64,000 bases of DNA from assembly GCA_910592345.1 (NCBI GenBank), contig CAJVPI010000029.1:1-64000 (forward strand), read 5' to 3'. The stretch's first letter is position 1, and every line of letters starts with the position of its first letter. The notes under the pieces were generated by a model that had not been told where the DNA came from, searched no databases, and worked only from the letters and a program-made list of their open reading frames with translations. The translations under genes and the position numbers were made by a program. Source of the stretch: Paraglomus brasilianum (Eukaryota). Shown here one piece after another: positions 23,991 through 38,117 of this stretch.

Positions 23991-25009
23991 CTGCTACATA
24001 AATATTGTTTTCAACATGTCGGTAAATTTACGAATACGTTTAAAAGTGACTTGCGAACTGAACCTTGGCTGATCATCGGCTTTCAATAAACCAAAATTTT
24101 CTAGTAATTACATTAACTAGTCTTTCCTAAACATCAAATATTAAACTGAGTGTAGGAATATGTATATAGTCAAACTCTTCTAATGTATCTTTTATAACTG
24201 CATAACTCGTCTAAGTGCATAGTTTAACGCGGTCTCATATGAGGATTTATCGCTTATTACATACATACTTGTATTGGGTCATATTTTTATTAGCAAATTT
24301 TTCTTGTTTTCACTAATTAAATGCGTACTTTATGTGCATATATCACATGATATATTATAATTTGGCCAGAGCTAATATTAATAAATTAGGAATTTGTAAG
24401 TCTGGAGTATTTTTTAGTCAATTAATTTATTAGATAAAAATCTTTTGCTTCTGGGTCATAGTGGATTATCTCGCTGCTTCAAACAAATCCCATAGCGATA
24501 GTGTTAGAAATCGTCAAGGCAGTTATTATCATGGGAAAAGAACGGTTGCAAGAAAGTTACAAATAACGGGTCATTGCATGATAAATTATTGTTAAATGTT
24601 ATCCCTTTGTGAGAAAAAAAAATACCCCCATTATATGATTATTTTCTATACTCGATTTAATTAAAAACATGTCAAGATTTAAGATCATGGCTAACTTGTA
24701 ATAGTTTCTAAAAGGCTGCTTTACAACTTGTAAACATGTTGTTGAATAATTATTATGTCCACAAAGATACACAAAATTGAGAAGAACGAAGATCTAAAGC
24801 TGAAAATCAAAAAGGAAATGCCAGACCCGTCTGCGAATTAGTGTGTATCGTAAGAACGCAAATAATATTTTAATTGCTTACAGTATGTGACAAACGTTCT
24901 TGAAAGAAAATTCTTTAGGTGTCATATTACCCTTTATTTTCGAAAATTGCCATTATTCGTAAACTAAAATAAAGGGTGTTCCCTGACTTACTGCCCTCAA
25001 CTAAAAACA

Positions 25010-25309
25010 CATAATGACATAACAGCTGTAGTAATGGTGATAGTAATGGTGAGCTCTCGATTGTTGGAATTGCAATTTCATTTGTCAAAAAGGACATTGA
25101 GAAATGGTCTCGCTTTGCTGCGATTAAGTGACGACCGCAGTAACCTCATACTACCATAATGACGTAACAGCTGTAAGTAATGGTGAGCTCTTGTGCTGTC
25201 TTGATTGTTGGGATTGCAATTTCATTTGTCAAAATGGACATAATTAGACATATTGAGAAATGGTCACGCTTTACTGCGACGCCATGGATTAAGTGACAAC
25301 CGCAGTAAC
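25010..25309. repeat. Diverged tandem duplication, about 135 and 155 bp
   Basis: Copies 25010-25144 and 25155-25309 share cataatgac.taacagctgta, attgcaatttcatttgtcaaaa, attgagaaatggtc, gattaagtgac.accgcagtaac, with several short indels. Confidence 0.85.
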
Positions 25310-27054
25310 ATTAATACTACTATTGTACAAACTTATCAAGTCTTGGCAGAAACGTCAACATCACTTTATTCTTGGCAACAAAGACAAGCTTATAATCGAC
25401 CTTTTGCGGGTTTCAAGTCTCATCTTGTTGGCATTACTATTGCATATCCAAGACTATGCCGAGCACGACAAGAAGTCATGGCGGGAAAAGTATTAACATG
25501 ACATGAAATGAATATCTTTTAATTTTAGAAAACCTTTTGTTATTTTACAATAAACAATGTAATCACAACAGTTGAGCCTAGCATATTACGTAGACTTTAT
25601 GGAATTTTCTGAAAGCTCTCTAAAAGCATGTAAAAATTTGCACCAGTAGATTATCTTGATGACAACGCATGAGCTGGTTTTCCCCCACTCTCAACTACGG
25701 AGGAAAAAGATTAACGACAAACATAATAAAAATGTATCCAGGTTAAGCCCATTGATATCGCATCCGCGAAGGCTAATCGAGAAAGATGAAATAAACTTAC
25801 AAAACAGCTTAATGTTTTTCAATATTGAACGGTAATAATAAAAATAATGTAGATTGCCCTAATTGGATCTGAGAGCTTTTCAAAATATAGTTAAAAACTA
25901 AAAGCGCATTTCCAGTTGACCAACGGCGCGCAGACATATTGTCATGTGTTGCTCATAAATTTACCTTTATTTATTTAAAAATAGTTTTCTTATTAACCAG
26001 TTAGATTGAATAATTTCCCCACTATGCTACGCCTTAGTTTAACGTTCCGTTCTACCGTAAGGAGATAAATCCGATCCCTATCACCGCGCAAGTATCACAG
26101 TACTTTATTTAGTATGTAATAAAATTACAAGACTCGGCCGAGATTAATCCACGCTGTGATCTTCACAAGTTTGTATTAATCCAAACAATAAATGCCCGCT
26201 TTCAGATTTAACCGAAAGAAACCTTGTTTATTGCGGTTTTGTGAAATGAAATTTTATATTTAGTGGAACCACGTGCAGGCTTGGTTAATCGTGTTATAAT
26301 TTTAAATTTTGTGCCACACTTAATATATAATGAAATTCTATAAAAAAATAATTTAGCCTCTAATACTAAATTCCCCATTCAGCCAAAGCAGTTTTTATTA
26401 GCCCAGGGTCGTATATTCCGAAAGACTTGATATTGAGGGTATCTCTAATCATCCGATTTCGGTGTCGACCAATAACTGAACAGGTTGAGAAAAGTAGTTA
26501 TATCACTCTAATCACTCTATGTAACTTTAATCCAGAATAGGCAACTAATACGAAACATTCTAATCAAAAGATACTTTCTCTCATACACATTTCCCCCTTG
26601 ATGCTTTGTTTGCCTAAAATATCCACACGTCGAAAATGGAATGTTCTGCTCACTTCATGTATGACATACATCACCAAACTTTATAGCCTGATACAAGGAA
26701 CCTACATGTTCTAGACATTCACGCCTCGATTTGGACAATGAAATATGAACGGGCCGGAGAAATCACAACAACGTTATCATCAACTGTCAGTTATATTAAT
26801 TATTAGAAAACCAAATTATTATTGGTCTTTTTTATTTGATTTCTATCTTAATGTGTTTTTAACATGAATATATGTACAAACTAATAAGAGTATATATTAT
26901 TTTCGTCGCTGACGAAGACTAATTATGAATTTCAGAGTATAACGATATAGTCCTTTACAATGTTGTGTTTAATATATGTTTTGATAATTTTTAAATGTCC
27001 ATCAACTATATAATAAATAGCATTCAAGCTCCAGAAATTTTCGTTCGTTCTTTT

Positions 27055-28056
27055 TTAGGCCAAATGGCTTGGGAAAATATTAGTCATTGGGGTAGATGGG
27101 GATCCTGCCTCGGTTTCGGGCACCAACGTATCCGTAGACTTTTCATCCACTACAACTGCCTTTTGTACTGTTGTTCCTGTTTTCGAATCATCATCATCAT
27201 GTACCATGATCGTTGGAGCACTAGTGTGAGGAACATTTCCCTCCTTGACCGTGAAAGACAAATTCCTGATATGGGATGACGTGATTCTCCTTTCTTGTAA
27301 GCAAGAGTACGAAATTGGTTTACGAAGGATAGGGATCCCAATACCAAGAGCCAAATTACTGGTTGGAGTCTCAGGTCGTGAGGAGTATGACATGATATCG
27401 CGGTGGATTGATTCGAATGAGCTCTTGCGAGAATCGCGAGATCCGAGAGATGGCGTTTCCAAGTTTAAAGAATCTATAGACGGACGTGAAGACAGTGTGG
27501 AGGCGGTGTCGTTGTATGAACTAATACTGTTATGTCTTCCATGTTTGTTTGAATGTAGATCCAGTCTATCCAAAACGATGTCAACTATATTTCTCTCTCC
27601 AACTCGTCTTTGCAAGATCTCCAACCATGATTGCATCTCGGCTGCAGTGTCAGCAAAGGCAAGGAACGTGGGGGGTGGTTTGTAGTTGCGATGGCTCTGA
27701 GTAGAGCTGATAGAGTCTGATGAACGAAATACTTTTTCGATGCGGATGCAATTGGCAGATTTCTTTGTTACGTTAGAGTCGTGAGTGACCGTGTTGTATG
27801 AAACGAGAGGAATAACACCGGATGGGTCTTTGTCGGTCTAATTAGAGAAGGGGGGGAAAAAAGATTGTTAATGACAAGGTTATTTGGAATAAAGTTGATG
27901 GCGTCGAGAAGGATAATCGTGGTTATTTACCTGATTGCGATAGTAATATAGATGGCTGTCTCTGAGTACAAACCAGCGACGCTTCCATGATTTACGTAAA
28001 GCATTACCACCGAGTTTAGTGAGCCATCCGCATTTTGAATCTTCGAGAGTGTTCAT
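27055..28056 (-). CDS. PH-domain protein, 302 aa
   Basis: Exon 28056-27931 MNTLEDSKCGWLTKLGGNALRKSWKRRWFVLRDSHLYYYRNQ, GT-AG intron 27930-27838, exon 27837-27055 TDKDPSGVIPL...FLAFADTAAEMQSWLEILQ then a Ser-rich tail. Confidence 0.9.
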
Positions 28057-31000
28057 TTTGTAATATAGATTTAATTTTGATAAATGAATGCAAATGATAG
28101 TAGATGGCGTGTACTATTGTATTGTGTTTGAGCAGTCGGTAGTGAAGGGTGTTTGCGAAAATGTGATGGGATGTTTTATAGCTGTATGATGCTTTTTGTT
28201 GAATTATCCGAAAGAGAGTTACGGGACTGCTATGTTTCGATGATGAGATTGTTGTGTTTTGATAGTGAGGGGCCGGTTGCATGAAGCTGGCCTTTTTATA
28301 TTTCTGCTGCGATGTAGTGTGTACAAACAAGGCCAAGAGAAGGAGGCTCGTTGTATTATATTTTCAATAGTGATAATGAATTATATTGCAATAATGATAA
28401 TGTTAAATAAATATACAATGACTAATGCTATTTATATATTAACAATAAGTACGACTTTATGACAGTATATTTGGAGGAGATAAAGAGTGCATACAGAACG
28501 AAGATGACTGGTTCGCTGGGTTATTAATTTAATTCAGATACACCCAATATAATTTATACGGTGTTGTAATTATTTATACTGTATAATGTATGTGATATGT
28601 GATTGCTTTTGTATTCTCGTACTTACCCCTTTAAAGTCACTTATAAGTGACAACTGCGGGCCGACGATCATGTTTATATTTATTACCAAATCTGCACCTA
28701 ATTTAAGAAATCAAAGAACAGTCTGAAAAAAGAACGATGATTGTCAGGAGAACGTGGACGAAATATACAGAGGAAGGGGGAAGAACAACAATTAAACGGA
28801 TCTAAACAACCGACTAGACCAATGAGTATGTAATAACTAATAATAGATAAGAGTATTTCATACAAATGGTTCTCCTTGAAAAAAATTTTTTTTATTGCTA
28901 TCAAACGACGACGTCATCGTAATCATCATGCGTCATCATTGTCATCATCATCATTGTCCTCACTCCACACCTTTTTCTTTTCTTTTCTTTTCTTTTCTTT
29001 GTGTTCTTCATTTCATATCATCCTGATACATTTAATTTACTAGCCTCATTTCGTTATTAAATCATTCTTATACCAGCAGTCGACATGAAAGTAAATAAAC
29101 AAATTTTCCGACGGACGCTCACAAATTTCATTAAACAATAGTCCTTGTTATTACTATAAAGAGCGTTATTGAAAGACAAGGTCACAGACCAAGGTACTAT
29201 TAATAGGGAATATGTATGTGTAGTACGCGATGACCATCACTCTTTGTTAGCGAATAGCTGGATATGGAAGGATATGGAAGAAGATCCATGGTTCGATTGA
29301 CTGGTTTAAATTGATCGGCTCATACGTTGTTCCAATTAATTTGACATTTTACACATCCTTTAACACTCTTCTTTAACAACATTATAGAGTTGACATGGAC
29401 TAACCATTTTGTTCGCCATTAATACTGTAATAGTACATGTGGGTATGAATTTTCATAATCTCTAGACTCGATTATTTCGGTTTAGCGTGTGGCTGAGCAT
29501 TTCACAAAAATAATAGAACACATGAAACGTGACTATTATTTCGTGGCAGGCGTGTCATTTTGGTTATACATCCGATGGATGCGGATGATGCAGTAAGTTG
29601 ATGATATGGGGACGGATAGCAGCCTGCATAGAATGAACATCGATTAGTATGCAGACGGCATTGAAACGCCTTTGATCTGCTGTATTACGAGGAGAAAAAA
29701 GAAGTAATGATCATCGAAACTTGAATACCTGGCTACTAATGCAACACTCCGAAGAAGCCTATAAAAAATTAGCCTCAAGGTGCAAACTCATTTTCTACAA
29801 GTTTGCTATTTTATTTCCGGGCTTGTAAGATCATGTGGATTGCAGTTTCGAGAACGTTCGCCGGCCATAATCGGGAATTTAGCATGGATGAGGGATGTAT
29901 TATAATACAACTCTACATCGTAAAGATTGATCAGAATTATTAACTGAAAATTAAGCATGGAAATATCTTGAACGTTCGATTGTATCGTATGATTTTTTTA
30001 CACACAACATTGATACACACATTCATAATCGAAAAACAAAAAAATTGTTTTATAAATGAAAAAGACTATTACTATGGTAGAGTTGCATAGTTCGGGAATT
30101 TGTGGAATTGTGACAACTGATTGCAGAGGGGGTTATGTGACAATTGTATAGAATCTGGTAAGTGCATGTGACATCCCCTTACGTAATATTTATATTAACT
30201 CTTTTTATAAATGTCGTCATCGGACTTATTCCATCGTTTTAACTTGCTAAATATGGTAAATTTGTCAAGACAATTACATCATTGCCGAAATTACGCTTTC
30301 AAAAACTTTGTATGCGAGTTTTAATTGCCTTGTTACCCTAAATTTGCAAGAGGAAAAGAAATTTCTTTCCGGATCGAACGAATCCGGTCATTTAAATTAG
30401 GCATTTAGTATACGTCCTATACATACATCCTATACATCGTATACATCCCCTTTCTATTGTGATATCTGTCACACTGCGCCCTCTATCATATTATCTCTTC
30501 AAACATTGCCTCTCCTTACACTAAACCGATTTACCAATCAGATTTGTCGGGGGGGTCTGGATTTGTTTGTAAGCATAATCCGTAAAAGGAGATGGCAGTG
30601 CATCTTTGTTACCAGGGTCTTTTCGTCCTGCAGTTGGGTGTTATGTCAAACACCATCAAATATCCATGCGGTTTGCATTATCGGTCATTCATCAGTTTTA
30701 TGTTCCAAATAAAGCATGACAATGTAATGAGAAGAGAATTTTTCGAGTATGTACAGTCGGTATTTTAATGCAGTAATTAATATCTTCCCTCTTCTTAGGA
30801 GCGATAAAGGACGAGAAATGAATTGTATCAATGAAATTATTGGTCAATGTATGTCTACTGCTAACTATTTTTATGTGATAGTCGACCGATTAAGATAGGG
30901 GTTAACTATAAATAGAATAAAGAAGACAATACTAAGGAGGACATGTGAATTGTTTATTCGATATAAAGTGTGCTGTCAAATTACTGACGATGCCGACACA

Positions 31001-32873
31001 TTTGGACATACCCGACATTCAGCCACCCCACTTTATCAAATCGGACCAGGTGCTAGTAAGCTGTATTCTCGAATTATTCATTCATATTCTCCCACCTTTG
31101 TTTGTCGAACGACTAAGCCACGCGGGAGAATTCGACGAGAGCTGTGATTGGTGATAACGAACACAGATAGTATAGACGCACAATTTAGCATACTAAAAGA
31201 TTCGTACAGATACGTAATTGTTTGTCACTCTCCTCATCTCGTGTGTGCAGTTTGTGCGTTCTGCACTCATACACATAGAACAGACATTGTTCATTAGATT
31301 AAGATGGACACGGATAAATTAAACACATCTCCGTGAGGTCACTCGTTACGTCTGTGAACGTCAATGACGTTTATCTAATTAATCCTTGCATGCATCAAGG
31401 GGGGTGGGGATGCGAGGAGCAAAGATATCTGATTTGTTATTATTGGGTAATGCTGGTTGATTGCAATAACGGATTTACCGGTTACGAGAACAATGATTTT
31501 CACGATCCTAGACGATGATGATTTTTTAACCGGACCTGTGCATTCATGCTTTACGTGCATATGTACCTCCAATCAAGTCATTCTACCATTTCTGCGGAAT
31601 GTATCATTGGTTATTTGTTTGGGTGATCCATGTATCAGTGCAAACAATACTAAAATTAACTTATTTATATCGGATGGTATTACGAATTTAGTAATAACTG
31701 TATTCTACTCACATTCAAAGTCACATCTCAAATATCCCAAACGCTTTTCTAACTTCTTCCCTGCAGTGTGAATTTAACCAGGTGTCACAATTATGCGCTT
31801 TAGCACAATTCAAGTTCATATTAGTGTCCATCAAAGTATAATTCGTGCGTCAACTTTTAAGCCTAGACTCACCAGCATCTGGAACATTAATTGCACGGAC
31901 CGTCACCTGCTTTGGTTTGCCAGCTTTTGTTTATTGAATATTATCCGCTAACATTCATTCTAATTAATCTGTTGGTTCATGTTTATGATACCCCACTTAT
32001 TTACATTTTGTTCTACAATTCCCAATTGCTCTATCCATTCTGGTAATGCATTCATCAGCGATAGTCGCACAGTGTTCGATAGCATTTTAAATAATTCGTC
32101 AACTCTAATTGTTCCCTGAGCTGCACGTTCGCAATTGATAACTTGGCCAATCACACTTTCTCAGCAAATCACGCCATTATTTGAGTGTTTACATAGATTG
32201 ATTACACAGTAAAAGGTTGCTGCAATTCTGTTGTCGCTCTTATATCGTAAATAACTCTTGTAGCGAGAGCCATTGGTTAAAAGATGTTTAATTGGGTCCA
32301 GCAAAAATCTTTCGTATTTCTTATATCGAATGTGGGTTTACTTTGTATTTACTGCTGCTTTCGCCTGATTCACACGACCTACACGTATAACTACGATCAA
32401 GAACTCCATTTATGAAATCCCACCTCGTTTTCATCACTGGTTCCTAGTCGAGTTTGCTCATGAGTGGGAAGTAATTATAGACAGAATGTGGACGTGGGTG
32501 CATGTGTATGCATGCATATGTATCAGAAGAAGATGAGCGGGAGGATAAGGAGTAGGAAGAAATACTAGTTGTATAATGGCTGTCTGTCAACTGTTTCATT
32601 GGCAGTCTATATTAGTCTACATGCGTTTTGAAATGTATGGACTCCTTGTGCCCAAGTGTTACGGGACGTGATGCATGTGAACTGTGTCTAGTTATGCGAC
32701 AGTACGCATAGTCGATCGGGGGAAATGGGATAAATACAGTCGTACCTCGTTTATATCCCCACTTTCTTTTCGGGGATATATTCGAGGTGGGATACGACTG
32801 AGTGTGTGCAACGTTATTTAAAGCATGCAATTTTATTGGCTAATAGAGCAAAGATCTTATGTTTATTTTGCGG

Positions 32874-32958
32874 GTGGCCTGATTTATGTGGCCTGATTTA
32901 TGTGGCCTGATTTATGTGGCCTGATTTGTGTTTGATTTGTGCTTGATTGTGCCTGAAT
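32874..32958. repeat. 14-bp minisatellite (GTGGCCTGATTTAT) x4 plus decayed units
   Basis: Three perfect units from 32874, a fourth near-perfect unit, then gtgtttgattt / gtgcttgatt / gtgcctgaattt. Confidence 0.9.
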
Positions 32959-35137
32959 TTATTATTATTAAAAGTGGCATGATATTCAATTGGTAGCACA
33001 GGCATTGTATCCGTCCAGCTGAAAAACTGGGACAATAGTAATAGGTGATTAACGGCAAGGATGTGATGTGTGAGCGAACCAATCATTCTTAATTTCGATA
33101 GTCACAGTATTGACAATTCCCAGAATGCAACAAATTATATAAGCATACATATGTGACGTTACTCACAATGACAACGGCCTTTTACTTTAGTGTTTCACAT
33201 GGATTATAAGCTTATCACATTAGCTCTCTTCATAATCGTCACCTTACTCTCCTCGTCTTTAATTTGTGTAGCATGTCCTACGCCCATTCGAGTAATGTCA
33301 TAAAGTTTATTGTTTCAATAACTAAAAAAGACCCAAACACAATTAGCCGCAACAAAGAAATCGAACAACGAACGTTGGAATTAACAATTATTATTACACA
33401 CAACAAAGAGCGTAGTAACAATGCCATATTACTACGAGCGAATAAACTGGTTTTGCATACGGAGGAGTCTCCATTATCTGAAACAACGAATTTGGACAAA
33501 ACAATAAAGGTTGTATTGAAATTTTTGTATTAACGATTGTTCAATTGTTAGTTTCATGAAAGCATTAGCAGCTTGATGCACCAATGGTTCAATTGGCGTT
33601 TGTTTTCAATTACCATTTTCTTCTGTTTTGTCACTATTCGTCGAATTTGGCAAGAGAACAAAAGATGCTGACACGTTGTTCCAAAGAAAAAGTTTGGTAG
33701 TTAGTATGGGCATGTTCATTCAAAGAATTAATTAATTCACAGCCAAGTCTTAATTATAATGGCTTTTTTTTGCTTTCCTTAATACGAGATTTCAATTGTT
33801 CAATTGCTGTTACACGATTTGTTTCGATTTAAATTTAGAACAAACTTAAAGTTCAGCGTTCACCTAGATTATCTCTTTTGTTTACAATACGCCAAGCTTA
33901 CATATAAGGAAATATACAACATTTGTGTTACGAAATTCATATTTGGTAATATGAGAAACTTTAAACATTTAATAACAATGCCGAGAGAAAAAATTAAAAA
34001 ACGGTATGAAGAAGACAATGAAGCTTTGGCATGAGTTGATTAATTTGATAATGGTGGAAGGGGTTCAAGACTGTTATAGTTAGTTAATGTTGCTGTTCTG
34101 ATGATGGCTGCCATTTTGTGGTTTAGTAGTATTAATATTAATTATAATTTCTTCGCAATTCAAGGGTGCACTAGTATCATTTGAGTTAGTGAAATAGCAA
34201 CCGAGATGCCCAGAATAAAATATGCGTTTGCTACCGAGAAGGGAATGACTGCACGAGTTTCTATTCAGTCAAGGGATAATTGGTGCGCAAATCTTGGATG
34301 CAAAGTATCGGAGAGTGCATATTTGTTGGATTTATTTAGGCAGCAGAAAAAGAATATAGCAAGTCGAATACAATAGCAGTGAGTACGAAAGGAGAAGTTT
34401 AATTAGTCATTTATGTCTAGTCTAGTGTCAAGTTTTAAACTATTGTTTCGTATTTACGTAATTACAAGAGCATCAATGTGTAATAACGAAGATTGACTTG
34501 TATAAGACCTAGTTGCAGTAGTTGAGCTGTATAGAGTTGGATAATAATTACTAATAGTACAAATGCCAAGTTATAAATAGGTAGTTTATTAATTACTAAA
34601 CATACTCGTCATAACACAATCGAGTATTAGTATTAGCATTTCCAAGATTCTGCTTTTGTTGACTCGACTAACATGGGTTAGCCAAAACCTTGTCAACTTC
34701 AATTGGACAAAATACACATGTATTTTTCCGTTTCCAGCAGTTAGTACAAAGCTCTTGGGTTTAATTAACCTTAATTTGGTAATTTCAGAAAAACTCGATT
34801 GTTCCCACCAAGAGTTAAGAACAATTTAAATTTGAAATCAAATCACATGATTAGTCTTATTCGTAACGCACAAATCTCACAAAACTTATTGCTAGCCGAT
34901 CAGACAATATTATGTATAAATTTGGTATACATCAACGTTCCAACAAACAACGCTTTACCGTTACACGTCGCCAAACGTTGCCACTAACAAGGTTTGCTTA
35001 AAATATAATAATATGGACCCAAGACTGACATCTTGTTTCTCTTCATTGATAATGGTCCATATTCTGCGTACTTTACAAAAGAAGCGTTTGCCTCCTAACA
35101 CACTACATGTTGGCTTATAGTTGATTCAATCAATATT

Positions 35138-35196
35138 ACACATTCGTTAACGTTCTTGCAATCACACACATTCGTTAACGTTCTTTATTGCAATCA
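35138..35196. repeat. 28-bp tandem duplication upstream of the Rax1-like gene
   Basis: acacattcgttaacgttctt-gcaatca followed by acacattcgttaacgttctt-tatt-gcaatca. Confidence 0.8.
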
Positions 35197-35399
35197 TTAT
35201 ACTTGTAATCTCCCTCCTTTCCTCTTTCACTTTTCAACACTCAACATTCACAAACATACCTCGCTAAACACCCTTTAATATTCGGTAGGAATAATAGTAA
35301 TGCATAAACTCCTTATCGAGTTAAATAATACATCTACACACACTTTGTAATTATTAATACATAAACTTCTTTCAAATCGTCACTCGTTTTATTCACAAC

Positions 35400-36722
35400 A
35401 TGAGCCAATTAAGCAAGAACGAACAGCTCTTGTTATCTCAATCCTCCACTGCTATCCCAATTCCCAAAATAGCCCTCGGCTCATCTTCCCACAGAAGCGA
35501 GATTCGCAACAACTTGCCTTCAAATAAACCCGCTTTGGTGCCACAGCTCAAATTCAACACTAACGACGCACGCATATTTACGCAGGCTGCCTCTACGGGT
35601 GTTGACATTGAGCAAATCATCGAAGAGGAGAATGAGAGAGAGGTGAACGAAAAGATAGAGAACGGGAGGGAAGAGTATACAAGTGACGAAGAAAAGGCAC
35701 TAGAAGAAATCATAAAAGAGGAAGAAAGAAAGCGAACGAAAAACGAGTTACCATCCCTGGACAAGGTATTAAGCAACGAGTCAGGAGCTCCACTGAGTCT
35801 GTATAATTTCTATGCTTATTTGAGAGAGGCATGGCAAGCTGAAGATAACCTTAACGCCTGGTTGGATATCGTAACGCACGAGGCAGCTTTCAAGCGCTGG
35901 GTCGAGAACGAAAAGAAAAAGAAATCTGAAGCCACATCAAATAATCTCAACTCTCGTCTCTCCCCTCCATCTTCACCATATCGTGAATCCTATTCTGGTG
36001 CTCCAAGTGTAGCCTCTGAAGATAGTACTAGTCATGCTATGGTGTCGATCACACCCGATGAGGATCAATCAGTTGTTCACAGCGACCGAATGAGTGGTGT
36101 ATCTAGCGAACGATCTGCCGAAATACGTATTACCGAAGACAGTCTAAACAAATCGGCCAAAGAGATTTACCGCAAATATGCTAGTTTGAATATATTTCCA
36201 GAGGAAAACAAAAAGACTATGTATGATCTAATTGAGCGCCAAGGCCGATATAACCCTGTCGTGTTTGCTACATCCAAGGCTTATGTATATCACATAATGT
36301 CCGTGGTCTATTTCCCAAAATTTATCCAATCTGCTGTCGAAACAAACCTCACCGCCATCCATGCGATCATAGCGCTTCCTCTCGGTATAGTTGCGCTGAC
36401 TGGTGGCATTTCGTTGATCCTGTTTTATATATTTCAAGGATCAGAATCGCGATTAGTGAGGCTCTGGGGATTCATTCCTATATGGTTTGGATGGATGCTG
36501 TTGCAAATAGCGGCAACGAGGTTCGCACCTCCGTTGGTTCTATTTAAATTGAGTGAACATAAACTGTTTAGGTTTCACAGGATTAAGGAGAAGGGAATAT
36601 TAAAAGCACATAGGAAAAAGGCAATGCAACTCATTCTCTGCGATACTGTTGTTGCTATTTTCAATATAATTCTGTTGATTGCTATACCACCTATGGCCCT
36701 GTACGAAGAGAACAAACACTGA
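35400..36722 (+). CDS. RAX1: Rax1-like RGS-domain protein with three C-terminal TM helices, 440 aa, intronless
   Basis: LPSLDKVLSNESGAPLSLYNFYAYLREAWQAEDNLNAWLDIVTHE matches the Rax1 RGS N-lobe. AKEIYRKY, GRYNPVVFATSKAYVYHIMSVVYFPKFI, then hydrophobic segments and FRFHRIKEKGI. May be a paralog rather than the ortholog. Confidence 0.8.
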   Translation: MSQLSKNEQLLLSQSSTAIPIPKIALGSSSHRSEIRNNLPSNKPALVPQLKFNTNDARIFTQAASTGVDIEQIIEEENEREVNEKIENGREEYTSDEEKALEEIIKEEERKRTKNELPSLDKVLSNESGAPLSLYNFYAYLREAWQAEDNLNAWLDIVTHEAAFKRWVENEKKKKSEATSNNLNSRLSPPSSPYRESYSGAPSVASEDSTSHAMVSITPDEDQSVVHSDRMSGVSSERSAEIRITEDSLNKSAKEIYRKYASLNIFPEENKKTMYDLIERQGRYNPVVFATSKAYVYHIMSVVYFPKFIQSAVETNLTAIHAIIALPLGIVALTGGISLILFYIFQGSESRLVRLWGFIPIWFGWMLLQIAATRFAPPLVLFKLSEHKLFRFHRIKEKGILKAHRKKAMQLILCDTVVAIFNIILLIAIPPMALYEENKH

Positions 36723-36905
36723 TTTTTATGGGTAATATAAATAAACTAGTTTTTTTTTTTTTTTTATTCTGATTGATCTTGTCATTTTCTGTATTAAACA
36801 CTAGTAAATAGTTTTCTATGGCGGGTTCCATTAGATTAAACAGTCACAATTAAAATGAATTCGTAGTCGATGACACAATCCTCGTTCAAAAACAGTTTGA
36901 CAGTT

Positions 36906-38117
36906 TCATGTGGTAGCTTCATGCGCTTCAATCCATTGGGACACTTTTGCAGCCATTATCTCGCTATGAGCTTTCCAAAAAAAAAAAAAAAGTCAGTCGT
37001 CAACTCAATTGAAAGCTGCTCGTCCATCCCGATCTTATATACTCACTCAAGACAAAAGCATGCGGACATCCATCTTCACAAATTAAAACTTTTCCGTTTG
37101 GAAACTTTTTACAAAGAATCTCGTAATGCTCGACTGGCGCCCAATCATCCCTTTCCCCAAAATAAAACACAAACTTTTCCAAATTCTCTTTGATCAACTC
37201 TTCATCCAACTCTTGGACTTCTTGCATCTCTGTCATTGCCATGTGCAAAGTGTTCTTCACTACATGCCCATGGAGAAGTTTTTGCGTTGTTATTTTGGCA
37301 TAGGCGACGGATTGTGATGTTACTAGTTTGACCAAGAGTGTGAGTATATGTGGAGCCAAGATAAATCGGAGAGATGCGATCAAAGATGAGGCAAGGGTTG
37401 TATTTGTTGGATGGAAGAGAGGAGACAGCAGGCGACCATTTGGAGTTTTGTGTATGTGTTGGAGAGTTGGAAAGAGGGCATATACTTGTATTATCCCGTG
37501 ATCTGGGCGAGATCTTAACAACTACAACAGGGAAATATTAGTAAATTATGCAAGACATTGTCCATAAAATTAACAACCCACCTGTGTAGCAATATAAGCT
37601 CCAATAGAATGTCCGCATAAAATAAATCTCGGAGCAACGTTGTGACCGTGTTCACTCGTGAATTTCCTTTCCAACTCGTCAAATATCGCAATTTTATGAT
37701 TAATTTGATCCTGTAAACTGTATAATCTGCTATTTCCTTGGTAATGGTCACCATACGAGTGGCCTAAATGCGAGACTAAGACCACGTTGGGTGAATAGAT
37801 CGGAATTAGATGTAAATCCAAACAGGCAACCTGATTGAAAGTCTATTAATTCATTATAGACACCATAATACTCCAGGATTTGGTCCCTCACCTCCAACAA
37901 TTTCAATTTTTCCTTTTCGCTCCCGAAAAATATTATCGCAGAATTCTTTGTAATACTCAATCACACCGGGATTCCCTGGTATTATAAACAGTACTAGTGT
38001 TCCTTTCGGATCGTTCGTTTTCTCTCTTAAACCTGGCCACCATAGAGTCTCTGTTAAATTTCCCGTTGCATTCCATGTCGTGCGCAGGGGTCGTTCGAAC
38101 AGCGAGGAAATTGGCAT
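36906..38117 (-). CDS. LDAH: Lipid droplet-associated serine hydrolase (LDAH/DUF2305, Ypr147c-like)
   Basis: IIPGNPGVIEYY, SHLGH, YSLQDQINHK, nucleophile motif CGHSIGAY, LFPTL, FYFGERDDWAP, CPHAFV. Last exon HSEIMAAKVSQWI...TT*, TGA at 36906-36908. Confidence 0.9.

Noticed and set aside
27245..27685. Plus-strand ORFs of 94-146 aa over the PH gene
   Set aside because: Antisense to a clear PH-domain CDS.
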